A DNA stretch of 64,000 nt, taken from Haliotis cracherodii. Taxonomy: Eukaryota. The notes beneath the pieces are model-generated. The model made no database searches. It saw only the letters and a list, made by a program, of their open reading frames with translations, and was not told the origin of the DNA. The position numbers and the translations under genes are program-made. Numbering within the stretch: the first letter of the stretch is position 1; each line of letters begins with the position of its first letter. Below, in pieces: positions 1-17,478 of the stretch. The DNA lies in the NCBI RefSeq assembly GCF_022045235.1, contig NW_027266268.1:12028001-12092000 (forward strand), given 5' to 3'.

Positions 1-1528
1 AGATCATTGAAATCATCAGTTAAATAGTTGAGCTATCAAAGTTTGAGATGATAAATATATGGAAAGCTGAATTGTCAAAAGATACACGGAACACTACGAC
101 ATCAAGTGTCAACCATCCCCAGGAAAATTGTACAACTTCATTGCCAGAACATTATATTACTCGCCACAACGATCCCTACTTTTCAAACAAACGAATTAAA
201 ACATCTTTCTCTCTAACTTTCTCACGTCTATATGTCTGTTACTGAAGACTGGCTGACACCCTCGGTAATCCGGTTTCATGACAATTGGCGCAACCGATTA
301 TAAATTCGAATCACATTCTTTCCGAAAACGAATATTAAATTCCGAATTTGTTGATTTAGGATATTTCAGATGAACAGTTGACTTTCCTTTGCATGTGTTT
401 ATGGCGGATGTCACCGATGGGACAGGATACGCTCACCTATACACGTAAAGTACCTGGTATCATGACTGTGATTCCTATCATCACAGTGATTCATAAACAC
501 ATTCTCGATATCTTATCGGAATCTACAATCTTATGAATATGGAAAGGGTTTTGTTACTTTTATTTATATAACATTAAAAACATTTCTCCGACGTTTTAGT
601 TAAAAAAGTAAACTCTCGGGATTGGATCCTTCATGTTTACATTTTCAACCAAAAACTTTCTCAACGCTTTTTCTCATTAACTCACGGTCAGTCCGGCGTC
701 TTTATGTCTCTGCTAACAATTTATACCCAAGGCATGTCCTCCAGAGCAGCAGGATATATGTATCATGAGAAGAACCAAGAGAAAGCCCGATGTTAAATTG
801 TTTTCATTTCTAGCCGTGTGTTTGCACCCCATGTATCCGATAAATAGATATAGTGATAAACCCGTTTACAACTAAACGTTTATCACAGTGTGTATTCAGT
901 CACAAATCAATTTACAAATTGCCACGTCCACAAACATCACATCATTAATTTTGTGTTACACATCTCTGTCTGAAGTAGGTAGCATAGTAAATCGTCATTC
1001 ACAACTGATAAAAATAGCATGTGTATAATTATGAAATATATTTTGCAAACATGTCTGTATTCAAATATAATACAGTCTGCACACCAAATAGGGATGACAA
1101 GATACGATCTTCTTTAACGCAATAATGAGCATGCTTGTAGAGCTTACTTTTATTCAACATACGGGATTGTCATAACATTAATATTCGTCTTCGGACCACA
1201 CTGTCTTATAGATTTAATTACGTATACTTTTTTTCTTGTAAACAAAAGCGACAAAATCCTTTCCATATTCGTAAGAAATCTTTGCTAAAAGCAGAGTCGA
1301 TCGTACGATTCCGAATGTATCATGAGCATGTATCAATGAGTGATGATACCAGGTGTTCGCGAAAAAATGAGTCTATCCTGCCAGTCTAACCTCGTTACAC
1401 GTACATGCAAAGGCAAGTCAACTGTTTTCCTGAACAAACAGGGGAACTTGTGGTACAAGTAGAAATAGAGAATTGCATCGGACATTATTTTGTCACTTAT
1501 GCGTCAAATGTGTATTGTAACATAAATG

Positions 1529-3591
1529 TAGGTATGTTCCCTGATCTGATTGGTTAAAAAGTGTTGTCGAATGAGCATAACATCGCTGAATTTTTGGGGT
1601 CTCATCACCGTGTATGTATACATTAATTAATGGAACTATTTTTGAAATCATCAACATGGAGGAACAGATGGAAATTTACCCTGACTTCCACATCGGAGAT
1701 TTCGATGAAATATTGAGTGAATGGGGCGACGAGACATTTTCTGAGATAATACAAGAATTTGAAGGTAAATGAAATTTACCTTTTTCCATTAATTACAAAA
1801 TCATAATCATAAATAATGTAATTTTCTTGGGCTTGGCCAAAGGAAAAAACAAAACAAAATCAATTTTTAACAGAGTAAAAAACATTTATTGCAACTCAAT
1901 AATGACTTTCATACATCCACCTAATTTTGTTCTTATTATAACCCACAAAAAGCTGTTGAAGCTGAAAACCGTTCTGAGATGGCCCCCGAACTAGGAAATA
2001 CAGCCAGCGTTTCCGTAGAGCCCAAAGTTCAAGCGTCCAGTCACCGCTTCGCGTCCCTTGATACAAAAGCAGTACAGGACATCGTGGATAGGAACCTCTC
2101 CAAATCTACTGGGAGTTAAAATATTTCGACGTAAGCCATTGAAACATAAAAGAATACATAAACAAATAAAAAAAAATTCCTACGAGAGTTACCTCCCTTA
2201 CACCATTGCCATAATAGCAATGTAAAGCGTGACCAATGTGTCATCGTAAAAATTGGCAATAATATAACGAGATTGACCAAAATCTTAAAATAAATTAAAT
2301 ATTTCGTTTTGTAAGATTTGAGATATGTTATACTAAATGGATATACGGAAATTTCATTTAAACACGACACCGTAATAATAACGAAATACTCCCACTTACC
2401 GTCACATTTGTACCCTGAACACGGCAATCTTTTCACTTCCAGAATGGCTTGGTTTCCGAGGTTTTGAACCCACGTTCGAAGAGCTTCCTGCTTTTCAACT
2501 GAATGAGAGACTGAGGTTCTTTTATGCCGAAGTCAGAAATGCTGAGGGAGAACTTTACTCAAAATCGAGTTTTGTTGGGTTGCGTGCTGCCATACACAGG
2601 CACATCAGGGGGCCGCCATTTGAGCGCAGCATAAACATTATCCAAGACTGGGAATTTCACACTGCAAACTGCCGTCACTTTACTCTCAAACGCAGGTATT
2701 GAATCGCGAGATTTGCAGAATTACCGGCCACAAATCCGATGAATCGTTGAAGTCGTATTCCATTGACTCGTGCTCGTCTCAAAAACGACATTATTCGAAC
2801 ATTTTTCAGAGACAGGAGCAGCTCGCTAACGAACGTAATTTGGTACCTGTCATAGATACAAATATCCTGCCACTGTCCACTGCTCCCGTGAGTAATTTCC
2901 AGGTTAATTCTTCTGCTAATTTCCACGGCCTCTCACATATGTTATTCCACTGTAACAGTAAACAACTTTTTCAATCCCAGCTAAGCTGCATGTCTGAAAT
3001 TTCGCACGTTTGACGTCTCTTGTCACCACCTCAGTTTCAGACGAGTTGACACTATCTTGTACAGGGGCCAAACAGTATGTACGTCTTTTCTAATTTTGAT
3101 TATTTGTATTTCATAGTTACGCATAACTACAAATTACAAGTAAGATGAGGAACTGTGATAAAGAATTGAATTTGTGATATTTCCTGTTGTTTGTTTATTT
3201 CCTGAGAAATGAGCTTGAACATGTGACCACCCCTTTCGTAAAATGGACCCTCATTATTGGAGTACCTCGAAACCATTGATCGGTTTCGCAGCACCCCATA
3301 TCATGCATCTTTTCGAAGGTGAGCACGAGGAGACGTATTACTAACGACAGTTTTGTTGTGTCATGCGCTCAGTAAATTAGTTCCTCCTAAATATCGATTT
3401 AATTAACGTTCATGTTACAATGTCGATAAATATTTCGTTTTGTAAGATTTGCGTGATGTTATGCTGAATGGATGTACGGAAATTTTTCATTTGAACACTC
3501 CGCCTTACGGCGTCGTGTTCAAATGAAATTTCCGTACATCCATTCAGCATAACATCACGCAAATCTTACAAAACGAAATATTTATCTCCTA
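1529..3591 (+). mobile_element. Internally deleted Crypton-like (DUF3504 / tyrosine recombinase) DNA transposon; ends approximate
   Basis: Exon-like pieces: 1656-1764 (MEEQMEIYPDF..), 1953-2130 (..HRFASLD..NLSKST/GVKIFR, frameshifted) and 2443 onward (WLGFRGFEPTFEELPAFQLNERLRFFYAEVRNAEGELYSKSSFVGLRAAIHRHI..INIIQDWEF). The last piece is fused directly to AVTLLSNAGI/REICRITGHKSDESLKSY. It has a terminal palindrome and interrupts a Penelope-like relic. Confidence 0.75.
3425..3586. repeat. Near-perfect 162-bp palindrome at the end of the Crypton-like element; another copy of the arm at 2297-2368
   Basis: gataaatatttcgttttgtaagatttgcgtgatgttatgctgaatggatgtacggaaat..gaacac is the reverse complement of the arm ending at 3586. 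Confidence 0.95.
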
Positions 3592-4778
3592 AACAGTTAA
3601 TATCATCCACGAGTCCACCACACAACTTTTGATAGCTTTGCTGAAGCCTTGACTGATTTAACCTTGATCAGCAACTCGTATGACGCACTTTAGGTGGAAA
3701 GAGCATACACGATTGTACCTCAAAAGTTGTGAAATGTAAAAATCAAAGGCTGGAGCTCCATGAATATTTCTCGACATAAAAGGAAAATTTGGTTATTGTA
3801 AAGTTGAAGTCATGACTCTATCCTTGTGGATTCCGGGTAAGACATTAGCTCACGAACAAACTAATCTTGCCGAAAGAGGCGATTAACTAGATTGGGGAGT
3901 CAGATTCGGTGGCTTTGTTGACTGCATGTCACCGTATCACAATTGTGTGGATCGATGTTTATGATGTCGTTCACTGGGTTGTTTACAAACCGCCGTCATA
4001 ATGCTAGAATATTGCTTAGTGGGGCGTTATACAGCAAACAAGTTGTAATTGTTCATTTTCCTATATGTATGCTACTAAAGTTGATCACATCACATCAGAG
4101 TGATTCTTTTAGTCAATCAATTTATTCCTAGTCGGGGGCACCGGTGTTCAGACGTCTAAGGTGCAACATAATCGCTGTGCAGTGTGGCGTCCTTTGTGCA
4201 CGCCAGAAATCTATGATTGTGGGTTCAATCCCGGCTCCCCACGATAAGGGTTCTACCTTTCTCAGCACCATACCCGTCCTCGTGTCTTTCACCAAAGTGG
4301 TGTAAACGTCTCAGACCTGAGTCACTTTAGGTTTTCCTCCCACGTTAAGCTTGATATAACTGGAATACTGTTCAAAGCGTCGTTGATCTATTTTACAACT
4401 TACACCTTATAAAAACGGGAAATCGTTCACTGACAAGAAAGGCATGAAACAATCATATTCATTATGTGATAAACAACTGTAAAGTTAGAACTATGAGGGT
4501 GGTTAACATATAATTGTAACACGTCTTTTTGAGAGTTAACTGCTTTTCTCATAATACAATTACCTAAATACCCTTAACACAAGTAAATGGAAAAAATCGC
4601 ACTGTGTTCATGTGCTGAAGCAGTGTGTGGTTTGTCTTTCTTGCCCTTACATTCTGTAACCTTTACAAATGTATGTTCGCTCTCGCAAGCAGCTATGCTT
4701 AATTTCTAATCAATAATGTGTATTGACTAGACAGAACAAAGATATTGATCGGAATAAGATTTATTTCTGACTTTATTT

Positions 4779-7079
<2,301 letters not shown>

Positions 7080-7139
7080 GTTGCAGGAAGAAGGAGAGGG
7101 TAAATCCTTTTTATCGTTTCTGTCAAGCTGGGCACTTGA

Positions 7140-7245
7140 GTTGTTTCTGACCAGAACAAGGCGGACACAGTTTATATATGATCCTCGTGTTGCATGCTTG
7201 TTTCTCATTGGCTGACGGTTGCCCTGCAGGTAACAACCAACATAA
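7140..7245 (-). promoter_or_regulatory. Proximal promoter of tubulin copy 1
   Basis: On the minus strand: GTTGGTTGTTAC..GGCAAC, CCAAT (7207-7211), TATATAAA (7171-7178). Same order as in the other copies. Confidence 0.7.
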
Positions 7246-8074
7246 TTGAGCTAAATCACCACATAATCTCAAAATTAACTGCATTGTAATAGAAGGGTAT
7301 CTCGTCATGTTGCGCTCACTTGAAGACAATTTCTGATATCCTTGTTGAGATATTATAATAGGTCCTACAAGCCTATCAACATGGATATGTAGACTCAATT
7401 TAACAGTGATGAAGTAATATCATTATACATTCTACATGCATTTTATGGTTATCGAATTTGAAACGTGGTATGAAACCAAAGATGACAAGACTACATGTAA
7501 TAACCTCTCATAACGTGATGTTTGTTTGACGGAAATTTACTTTGTTGGTTGTCTCGAAACCCGGATAATTCGAATCTCTTTCCTGGTCCCTATGAGTGCG
7601 ACACAACGAGGTTCCACTGAATGTGTTATCAAGTGCCGACAGAGATAGGGGCAGAACCATTGTACATTTGCGTTTAGTCTGAATAATTGATAAAAGGATA
7701 TATAAGAAATATAAAAGAACAAGAAATAAACATCTAATGCGAAATCGGATTACACGACAACAAAGGAAGAACATGTCGCGGATTTAAAAGACAAAAGGCT
7801 AAATAAATTAGAAATATAACTTAGAAGACAAAATACGAAATGATAGCTGTGTGTGTAAGGATTTGTTTCGATAATGCACTGATCCATAAACAGCGGGTTG
7901 AAAGAATGGGATTCGCCTAATATACGGATGGAGAGTAACAAGCTTGAAACATATCATCCGATTTATTTTGCCCATACTACTATCCCTTACTTTTTTTAAT
8001 AAAAGTAAAAGTAGGGACGTTTTTCCATATCACAGTCCATCATGGGAGCAAATACAGCGACAGCAAGGGTTTTG

Positions 8075-8900
8075 CAGGGCGGGGATAGGCGGATGTGGGG
8101 ATAGAGGGATGGTGGGGCATAGGGCATCGAGATAGAGTTGGGGCAGGGATAAAGTGTGCCGGGGATAGAGGGATGCTGGGGCATAGAGGGATGCTGGGGA
8201 TAGGGCATAAAGATGGAGCTCGGGCAGGGATAGAGTCTGCCGGGGATAGAGGGATGCTGGGGCATAGGGCTCAAAGATAGAGCTGGGGCAGGGATAGAGT
8301 GTGCAGGGGATAGAGGGATGCTGGGGCATAGGGCATAGAGATAGAGCTGGGGCAGGGATAAAGTGTGCCGGGGATAGAGGGATGCTGGGGCATAGGGCAT
8401 AGAGATAGAGCTCAGGCGGGGATAGAGTGTGTCGGGGATAGAGGGATGCCGGGGCATAGGGCATAGAGATAGAGCTGGGGCAGGGATAGAGTGTGTCGGG
8501 AATAGAGGGATGCCGGGGTATAGGGCATAGAGATAGAGCTGGGGCAGGGATAGAGTCTGACAGGGATAGAGTGTGTCGGGGATAGAGGAATGCCGGGGCA
8601 TAGAGATAGAGCTGGGGCAGGGATAGAGTGTGCAGGGGATAGAGGGATGCCGGGGCATAGGGCATAGAGATAGAGCTGGGGCAGGGATAAAGTCTGCCGG
8701 GGATAGAGGGATGCCGGGGCATAGGGCATAGAGATAGAGCTGGGGCAGGGATAGAGTGTGTCGGGGATAGAGGGATGCCGGGGCATAGGGCATAGAGATA
8801 GAGCTGGGGCAGGGATAAAGTCTGCCGGGGATAGAGGGATGCCGGGGCATAAGGCATAGAGATAGAGCTGGGGCAGGGATAGAGTGTGTCGGGGATAGAG
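8075..8900. repeat. G-rich minisatellite, unit about 64 bp, about 13 copies
   Basis: Repeats of gggatagagtgtgtcggggatagagggatgccggggcatagggcatagagatagagctggggca with partial units. Confidence 0.95.
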
Positions 8901-10084
8901 TTAAAGACTAGGGGAGGGTTTCACAATGAAACGAACGTGACGAACAAATGTTGTTCAAGATAACTATAGACCTTTCGTTTAATTCATTCAGTAGGTTCAA
9001 AAACAAAATGATAAATGTTGACATTGGCGTTACATTCTGTCCCTTTTAATTTACCCAAAAGACATAAATGTTTATATGTTAGGGAGTGTTCAGTGTGTGC
9101 TTCAATATCTCACCAGAAATCTTACGAGGGTTCGAATTCCGGTCCGCCCGGATTATGTGTCTAGGTCTGAGACTTGCATCACATCGTGCTTTTCTCCCAG
9201 ATTAAGCTAACACGCCGTGATAACTGGAATACTGTTATGGGCGTTAAGCACATTACATTCACCCACTCACTCACTAAAAAGATGTTGAGAAATTCATAAG
9301 CCCTAATTGTTAGAGAAAAGACATCTACAACTCTTTTCTTGTCAAACTGATTTTGTCAAGTGTTGTCAAACACCATATCATCAGATATCAAATTAATAGC
9401 GTTAGGGTATATGTATTTCAAATGTTGACAAATGTTTGACAACTGCTAATATAAACTCTCTTCCTTATGTGCATCACTTCCAAATGCCTTATCAAAGACT
9501 TAATGTATATTTAGATGATAAAGACACTCATAAGCTGCCAAGCAAAATAAAGTATACGCCCATGTCTGATGGTGGCTAACATTGAAACAAACATGACATG
9601 GTCACTCGATTATGGTGTATTTGATACAGGTGTACAATGCGACATAACGTGTGACATGTCAATGACTATCTCACAACAGGCGACTGTTTTCAGCCAGGTA
9701 ACATTTGTATTGTTAGGTCAAATTCAAGTTTTAAGTGTATGTCTTCTTTAGTCCGGCAGTTTACTTCAAACGTTTAGTGCATATTTGGCCTTGTCTAGCC
9801 GTGGCTATGCTTAACGTAATTGGAGAGTTAATGCGAGATTTTCGGAGGATTACTCTGTGGGATAATTACACATCGTTTCAGGAATTCAACGAGCGTGATA
9901 ATCACCTATTGAGGTGTGGCGTTAATAAACAATTTCTCCATAACAGACACATAGAACTGGTAATCACATATTATATGTTTTATGAACTACAATTAAGACA
10001 TTAGAATAGCTTTGATTAGATGAAATCAATTATTTTGTGTGAGGGGACACAATAGCAGATTCATGTTGACAATGAGGCTAATCG

Positions 10085-10235
10085 GGATTATCCAATACCG
10101 ATAACAAGGGATTAAAATTAGCTACTGGATGTTGGTAGTTACAGGCAGGGCAACCGCCAGCCAGTCAGGAACAAGATTACAACTCGGGGTTATATAAACC
10201 GCCTCTACTGGCTTGTGTTCAGTGACAACTCAAGT
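10085..10235 (+). promoter_or_regulatory. Proximal promoter of tubulin copy 2
   Basis: GGATTA at 10085 and 10109, GTTGGTAGTTAC at 10131, GGCAAC at 10149, TATATAAA at 10191, TCAGT initiator-like site about 30 nt later. Confidence 0.72.
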
Positions 10236-10297
10236 GCCAAGCTTGTATTCAACAGCAAAAAGGACTAACCGTCTATTTCCTTCCTCCAACATTCAAC

Positions 10298-12487
<2,190 letters not shown>

Positions 12488-12786
12488 CTCTGCAATGCTT
12501 TTATTTGTATATTCAGAAATAAATCTGAACCCGATCAATATATTTATTTCTGTTTTACAATACAGATAGTGTATACACAGCTGCGTTGAGGATACAATGC
12601 AGGAATGGAAAAATGAAAGTAGAGATAAAGATTCCTTTAAATGTACGAGTAACTACGTACTTCACTTTCGAAAACGCGCAGCGTAGCCGATATTGTAACC
12701 AATTAATAATACCTTCTCATTAATTATCAAGTGTTTCTATACCTTGTTTATGTTTCTTTACCCTGTTTACGGATGCTGCAATAAGA

Positions 12787-12910
12787 GTGAGTGAGTGAAT
12801 GAACATTGTTTTACGCCGCTTTTAGCAATGGACTTTACCACAGGCAGGAATCGAACCCTGGCCTTCGGCGTGACGAGCGAACGCTTAAACACTAAGCTAC
12901 ATTACCGCCC
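12787..12910 (-). mobile_element. SINE family A (tRNA head, (ACTC)n tail), internally deleted
   Basis: Matches the 31111 copy on the reverse strand. Target-site duplication gctgcaataaga / gctgtaataaga. Confidence 0.8.
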
Positions 12911-13740
12911 GCTGTAATAAGAATACGAAGGTCAACTTCTGTATGGAAGTACTGGATTCCATGAAGTGCTCTTAGGAACACTTAATTTGGAAGTTACAAC
13001 TGCAAGGATTTATTCCCGGGTGAATGTAAAAAACGCAACTTGTTTGCAGCAGCACTTTTTCATGAGTTACTCAATCATGCATCGACGTTTAACGTAAATT
13101 CCACCATGACTGTGAGAATAAGTCGACACTGATTGGTCAGTCAGAGGTATAATAATAATAATAACCATATCTGATGAAAACAGTCGGCTGACCGGTCACC
13201 GCGAAAAGTTAAACACAAAGAAAAGTACTTCTTTCTCAGTCACTGATGGTTGGCACTTTGAAATAACTATATTTACATTTATAAACTATAAAATGAGGAT
13301 TTGCGGTTAATAAATAAGCAAAGAATATGTGGCAATAGATTTGGTCGAAAACACGATAACAATCGACTAAGAAAGTGTATTTCAAGCTTTAGGGAGACCA
13401 GAGAGCTTGTAATTTTACGCTTTTCAATATCAGATTATGACGTCCCAGTGAGCGGTGTGACGCCATACTCGTGACGTGCGGCTTGGAAGCAATCTCACAA
13501 TGCCTGCTTCACGCTTTATGTGCCTATCAGAAATGAGCAGGAAATCAGAGTAAAGTATAGTGCCATATGCAAATAATGTCGGCAAAGAAAGCTCCATACG
13601 TTGTTTAAAGGTTATTATCGGCATTTCCGTTATTCAGACACGCAACCGACTCGAAACACTGGACTCAATCAATGCCGCTTCAGTCAATATCTTCCCTGAA
13701 CACCTGAATGTTCGCAGTAAAATATGTCATGGCAGAATGG

Positions 13741-14005
13741 TTGGTTGGTTTGTTGTTTAACGCCGCACTCAGCAATATTCCAGCTATATGACGGCGGTCT
13801 GTAAATAATCGAGTCTGAACCAGACAATCCAGTGATTAATATCATGAGCATCGATCTACGCAAATGGGATCGATGACATGCCTCCACCAAGTCAGGGAGC
13901 CTGACCACCCGATGCCGTTAGTCGCCTCTTATATTACGACAAGCAAAGTTGTCTTTTACGGCAAGCATGGGTTGCTGAAGACCTATTCTACCTCAGATCT
14001 TCACG
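13741..14005 (-). mobile_element. SINE-like family B ((AAAC)n tail)
   Basis: Shares tcttcagcaacccatgc..aggcgactaacgg..ggtcaggctc..gctggaatattgctgagtgcggcgttaaac with other copies. Confidence 0.82.
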
Positions 14006-14579
14006 TGTCGCAGAATGGAGATAACAAGCTACGCGTTCGGTTTGAAATTCAATTTATCGAGGTTATATCTACAGCAAACCCAGTTCTGCTTTGAAAACAC
14101 AGTATCTCCTAAATATGACTGTAAATTAATGCTTTGCCCGGGCATGTGCATAAAAGGAGGTATTGTCAAAAAGGCTTGAAAGAATTTTGACCTGATCTGG
14201 GCGAGGATGGGTCAAGCCGATGGTCCGGGTTTGGTGCCCCATTTGGATACGGAATGTGTGAAGGGAATTTCCTGTGTCCGCTGCCATGGTATTCAACGAA
14301 TATTGCTGAATGCGGCGTATAACAGAACTCACTCACTCGTCTTATCACGTCGGTGATAATATTTCTACTCGTGTATGTACGTTTTCCTGTGTTATAGATG
14401 CTACTGTCTCTTCGGTAATGGGCCAGTTTCAATTCCAATTGTATTGTAGCTGGGAGCATACTATTCAAGATACATGCTAGGCATACAGAAGTATTGAGGA
14501 GCCTGGTAGAGGGGATAGCAATAGTAGGTTTTGAGGGAGACATGGAAAGAGGGGATGGGATAGACATGAACAGTATAAA

Positions 14580-15460
14580 AGGGGCAAGGGAGGCGCGCGG
14601 GGGGGATGGGGGGAGGGGGGGTGGGGGGAGGGGGGGAGGAGAGTGGATGAAGTGGTGGATGAGGAGTAGGGTTATGAGGAGGCAGAGCAGGCCGCGGAAT
14701 AGAACCTGAATGAGGATAGGGAAACAGAGGTTGAGGAGTGGAGGCTGGGTAACAGTATTTAGTCGAGGCCGGGAGACAGAATTTAGTGGAGGCAAGGAAA
14801 CGGGTTGAGTTGAGGCAAGGAAACAGCATAGGTGAAGACTGGTAGACTGGGTTGAGTGGAGGTTGGGTAACAGGATTAAGTCGAGGCCGGGAAACAGAAT
14901 TTAGTGGAGGCAAGGAAACGGGTTGAGTTGAGGCAAGGGAACAGCGTGCGTGAAGACTGGTAGACTGGGTTGAGTTGAAGTTGGGAAGCTGGTTGAGTGG
15001 TGGTTGAGAAACAGGGTTTAATGGAGGTTGGGAAACTGGTTGAGTGGAGGATGAGAAACAGGGTTTATTAGAGGTTGTGAAACTGGTTGAGTGGTCGTTG
15101 AGAAACAGGGTTTAATGGAGGTTTGGAAACTGGTTGAGTGGAGGTTGAGAAACAGGGCTTAATGGAGGTTGGGAAACTGGTTGAGTGGAGGATGAGAAAC
15201 AGGGTTTAATGGAGGTTGGGAAACTGGTTGAGTGGAGGTTGAGAAACAGGGTTTAATGGAGGTTGGGAAACTGGTTGAGTGGAGGTTGAGAAACTGGGTT
15301 TAATGGAGGTTGGGAAACTGGTTGAGTGGAGGATGAGAAACAGGGTTTAATGGAGGCTGGGAAACTAGTTGAGTGGAGGATGAGAAACAGGGTTTAATAG
15401 ACGCTGGGAAACAGGGGTTGAGTAAAGCAAGAAAGCACGAGTTGAGTGGAGGCAGGGAAA
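14580..15460. repeat. G-run tract followed by a minisatellite (about 47-bp unit built from two 23-24 bp subunits)
   Basis: Repeated gggtttaatggaggttgggaaactggttgagtggaggttgagaaaca, degenerate at the edges; poly-G tract at 14581-14640. Confidence 0.9.
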
Positions 15461-17312
15461 AGGAACTTGATTGGAGATGCGCAAAGTGAGCCTTGATTAG
15501 AGGCGGAGAAAACATATTTGGTGGAGGCAAGGAAAAGATCAACTGTTGGCTGTTGGGATCTTGGAAAAAAGTAATTAACATGAATCAAACATTTTTGTGG
15601 ACCAAATGTGGGGTGGGTGTCGTTAGATTATACAAGAGCTATATGTCGTAACCCGATTGACATGTGACATAAAAAAAAATCCTGTCAAATAAAACACTGC
15701 CTAAACATCCATCCAGAATAAAATAGAATTACAGAATACACATTAGGATGGACACACGCTGTGGGTATAACAGGGGCAATTTAATGATGTTTTATTGTCC
15801 CTTAAACTAGAGTCATTACTGGCGTGTTTTGTCATAATCTGAAATAGAAAATATTGTTACATTTCCATGTTGTATTTAGTGAGATCCGTATGTGCAAACA
15901 TGCATCTTATGCAAATATGAATCGTTGAAAGTGAAATGCATTTGATAGATTTTAAAAATGATAAAAAACATGTTAATATAAAGGTTCTAGTTAATGTATT
16001 CCACTTTGTGTATTCATTTCAAAATTGTAAGAACACCCTTTACACATATATTTACTTTTGCAGGACCAGCATCGATTTCCAGCATTTTCTGAGATGAATT
16101 GAGTTTCATCTATTTGCGTACTGATTAACGCTGCACTCAGCAATATTCCAATCAAATGACGGTCTGAAAATAATCGAGTCAATCCATCAGACAATCCTCT
16201 GATTGACATAATCATCATAGATCTATGCAATTGGTATACGATTGCATGCACCAACCAAGTCAATGTACTTATCAGACTGAAAGAGTACACTCGAATCTCG
16301 TTAAATAGATATTTGATACCCCAAAAACATAGTACCTTGTTTTGGGTCCCGACTGTCTCCTATATTTATCAGCATTTGAAACCAGATGACTTAACTAGTC
16401 TGAGTAGAAATATAACCTGTCAACGCCAGAGAATAATCAGTCTCAGTCTCCGATTCCATTGATATAAAAAGCAAAATAGTGAAGAAAATCATATGAATGG
16501 ATGAGTGAAAATCAGTGATGATACCCGGCGTTCGCGAAAAGGGTAAGCATGTCCTGCCCCACAGGTAGAACCCGACACTCACACAATTTGCATTAAAAAA
16601 CCAAAATGTTTCTTTGTTGCAAAACGCCGCACCCAGCAACAACCGCGTAGCTATAACAATTCCATCGTTGAACTAAACAGAATTTTTTTTTTTGCAAACA
16701 CTGAATTTAGGGATGTTAGCCCACGTTCGAGAGACAATGCTATTATTTCACTAACACTGCTAGGAATTTGGCCATCATTACTTACAGTGAAAACCACTGA
16801 TTACTATGATATTCTCATTGCAAATGGTGTTTACCAAATGTACGTGATAAAACGATTTGGGCTCCGTTCCATGATTTGTCACTTAACTCTATTCCAAAAA
16901 CAGGAAACACAAGCGCACAATCGTAAAACTTAATCATTTACATGTATGACGTAATGGTTCAAATAGGGAAACAGAGGTCCTTACATTATGGGGAAAAATC
17001 ATTCTTATGTGTGAACATTTCATCACATGAGGACATTACAGAAATGTCATCTCCAAGAGTGTCCCCTTACGATGGCGGCTGATAGAAGAACAGGGTGGTC
17101 TGGTTGTCGCAATGTGTGACCAAGCTGATAACGTGTCATCTAACCCTGCCTGTTGAACTTTGCTCATACCATCAACCGGTAGCTTACCATGGTTTACCAT
17201 ATACTATATGGCCGTCCTAATACACCTGTCATATTTGCTGACGGTTGTATTTAGGCGGGTTCACTCGTGAAAGTATGAAACATTATGCGTATAACAGCTT
17301 CTATAAGAGGGG

Positions 17313-17478
17313 AGGGGGGTCGGGTTGCCTAGTGCTTAAAGCGTTCGCTCGACACGCCGAAGACCCGGGTTCGATTCCCGACATGGGTACAATGTGTGAA
17401 GCCCATTTATGGTGTCCCCCGCCGTGATATTGCTGGAACATTGCTAAAAGCGGCGTAAAACCATACTCACTCACTCAC
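17313..17478 (+). mobile_element. SINE family A, full length
   Basis: A-box/B-box head (cctagtgc..ggttcgattccc), body nearly identical to 31111 and 59063, ACTC tail. Confidence 0.88.

Noticed and set aside
2699-3013. 104-aa ORF as an independent gene
   Set aside because: It is the frameshifted C-terminal piece of the Crypton-like recombinase relic and starts at a non-ATG codon.
7996-8857. Pro-rich ORFs of 275-284 aa
   Set aside because: Translations of a minisatellite that is open in several frames; the 64-bp unit is not a multiple of 3.
14166-15588. Pro-rich ORFs on the minus strand
   Set aside because: Low-complexity repeat translations with frame breaks and no splice or domain support.
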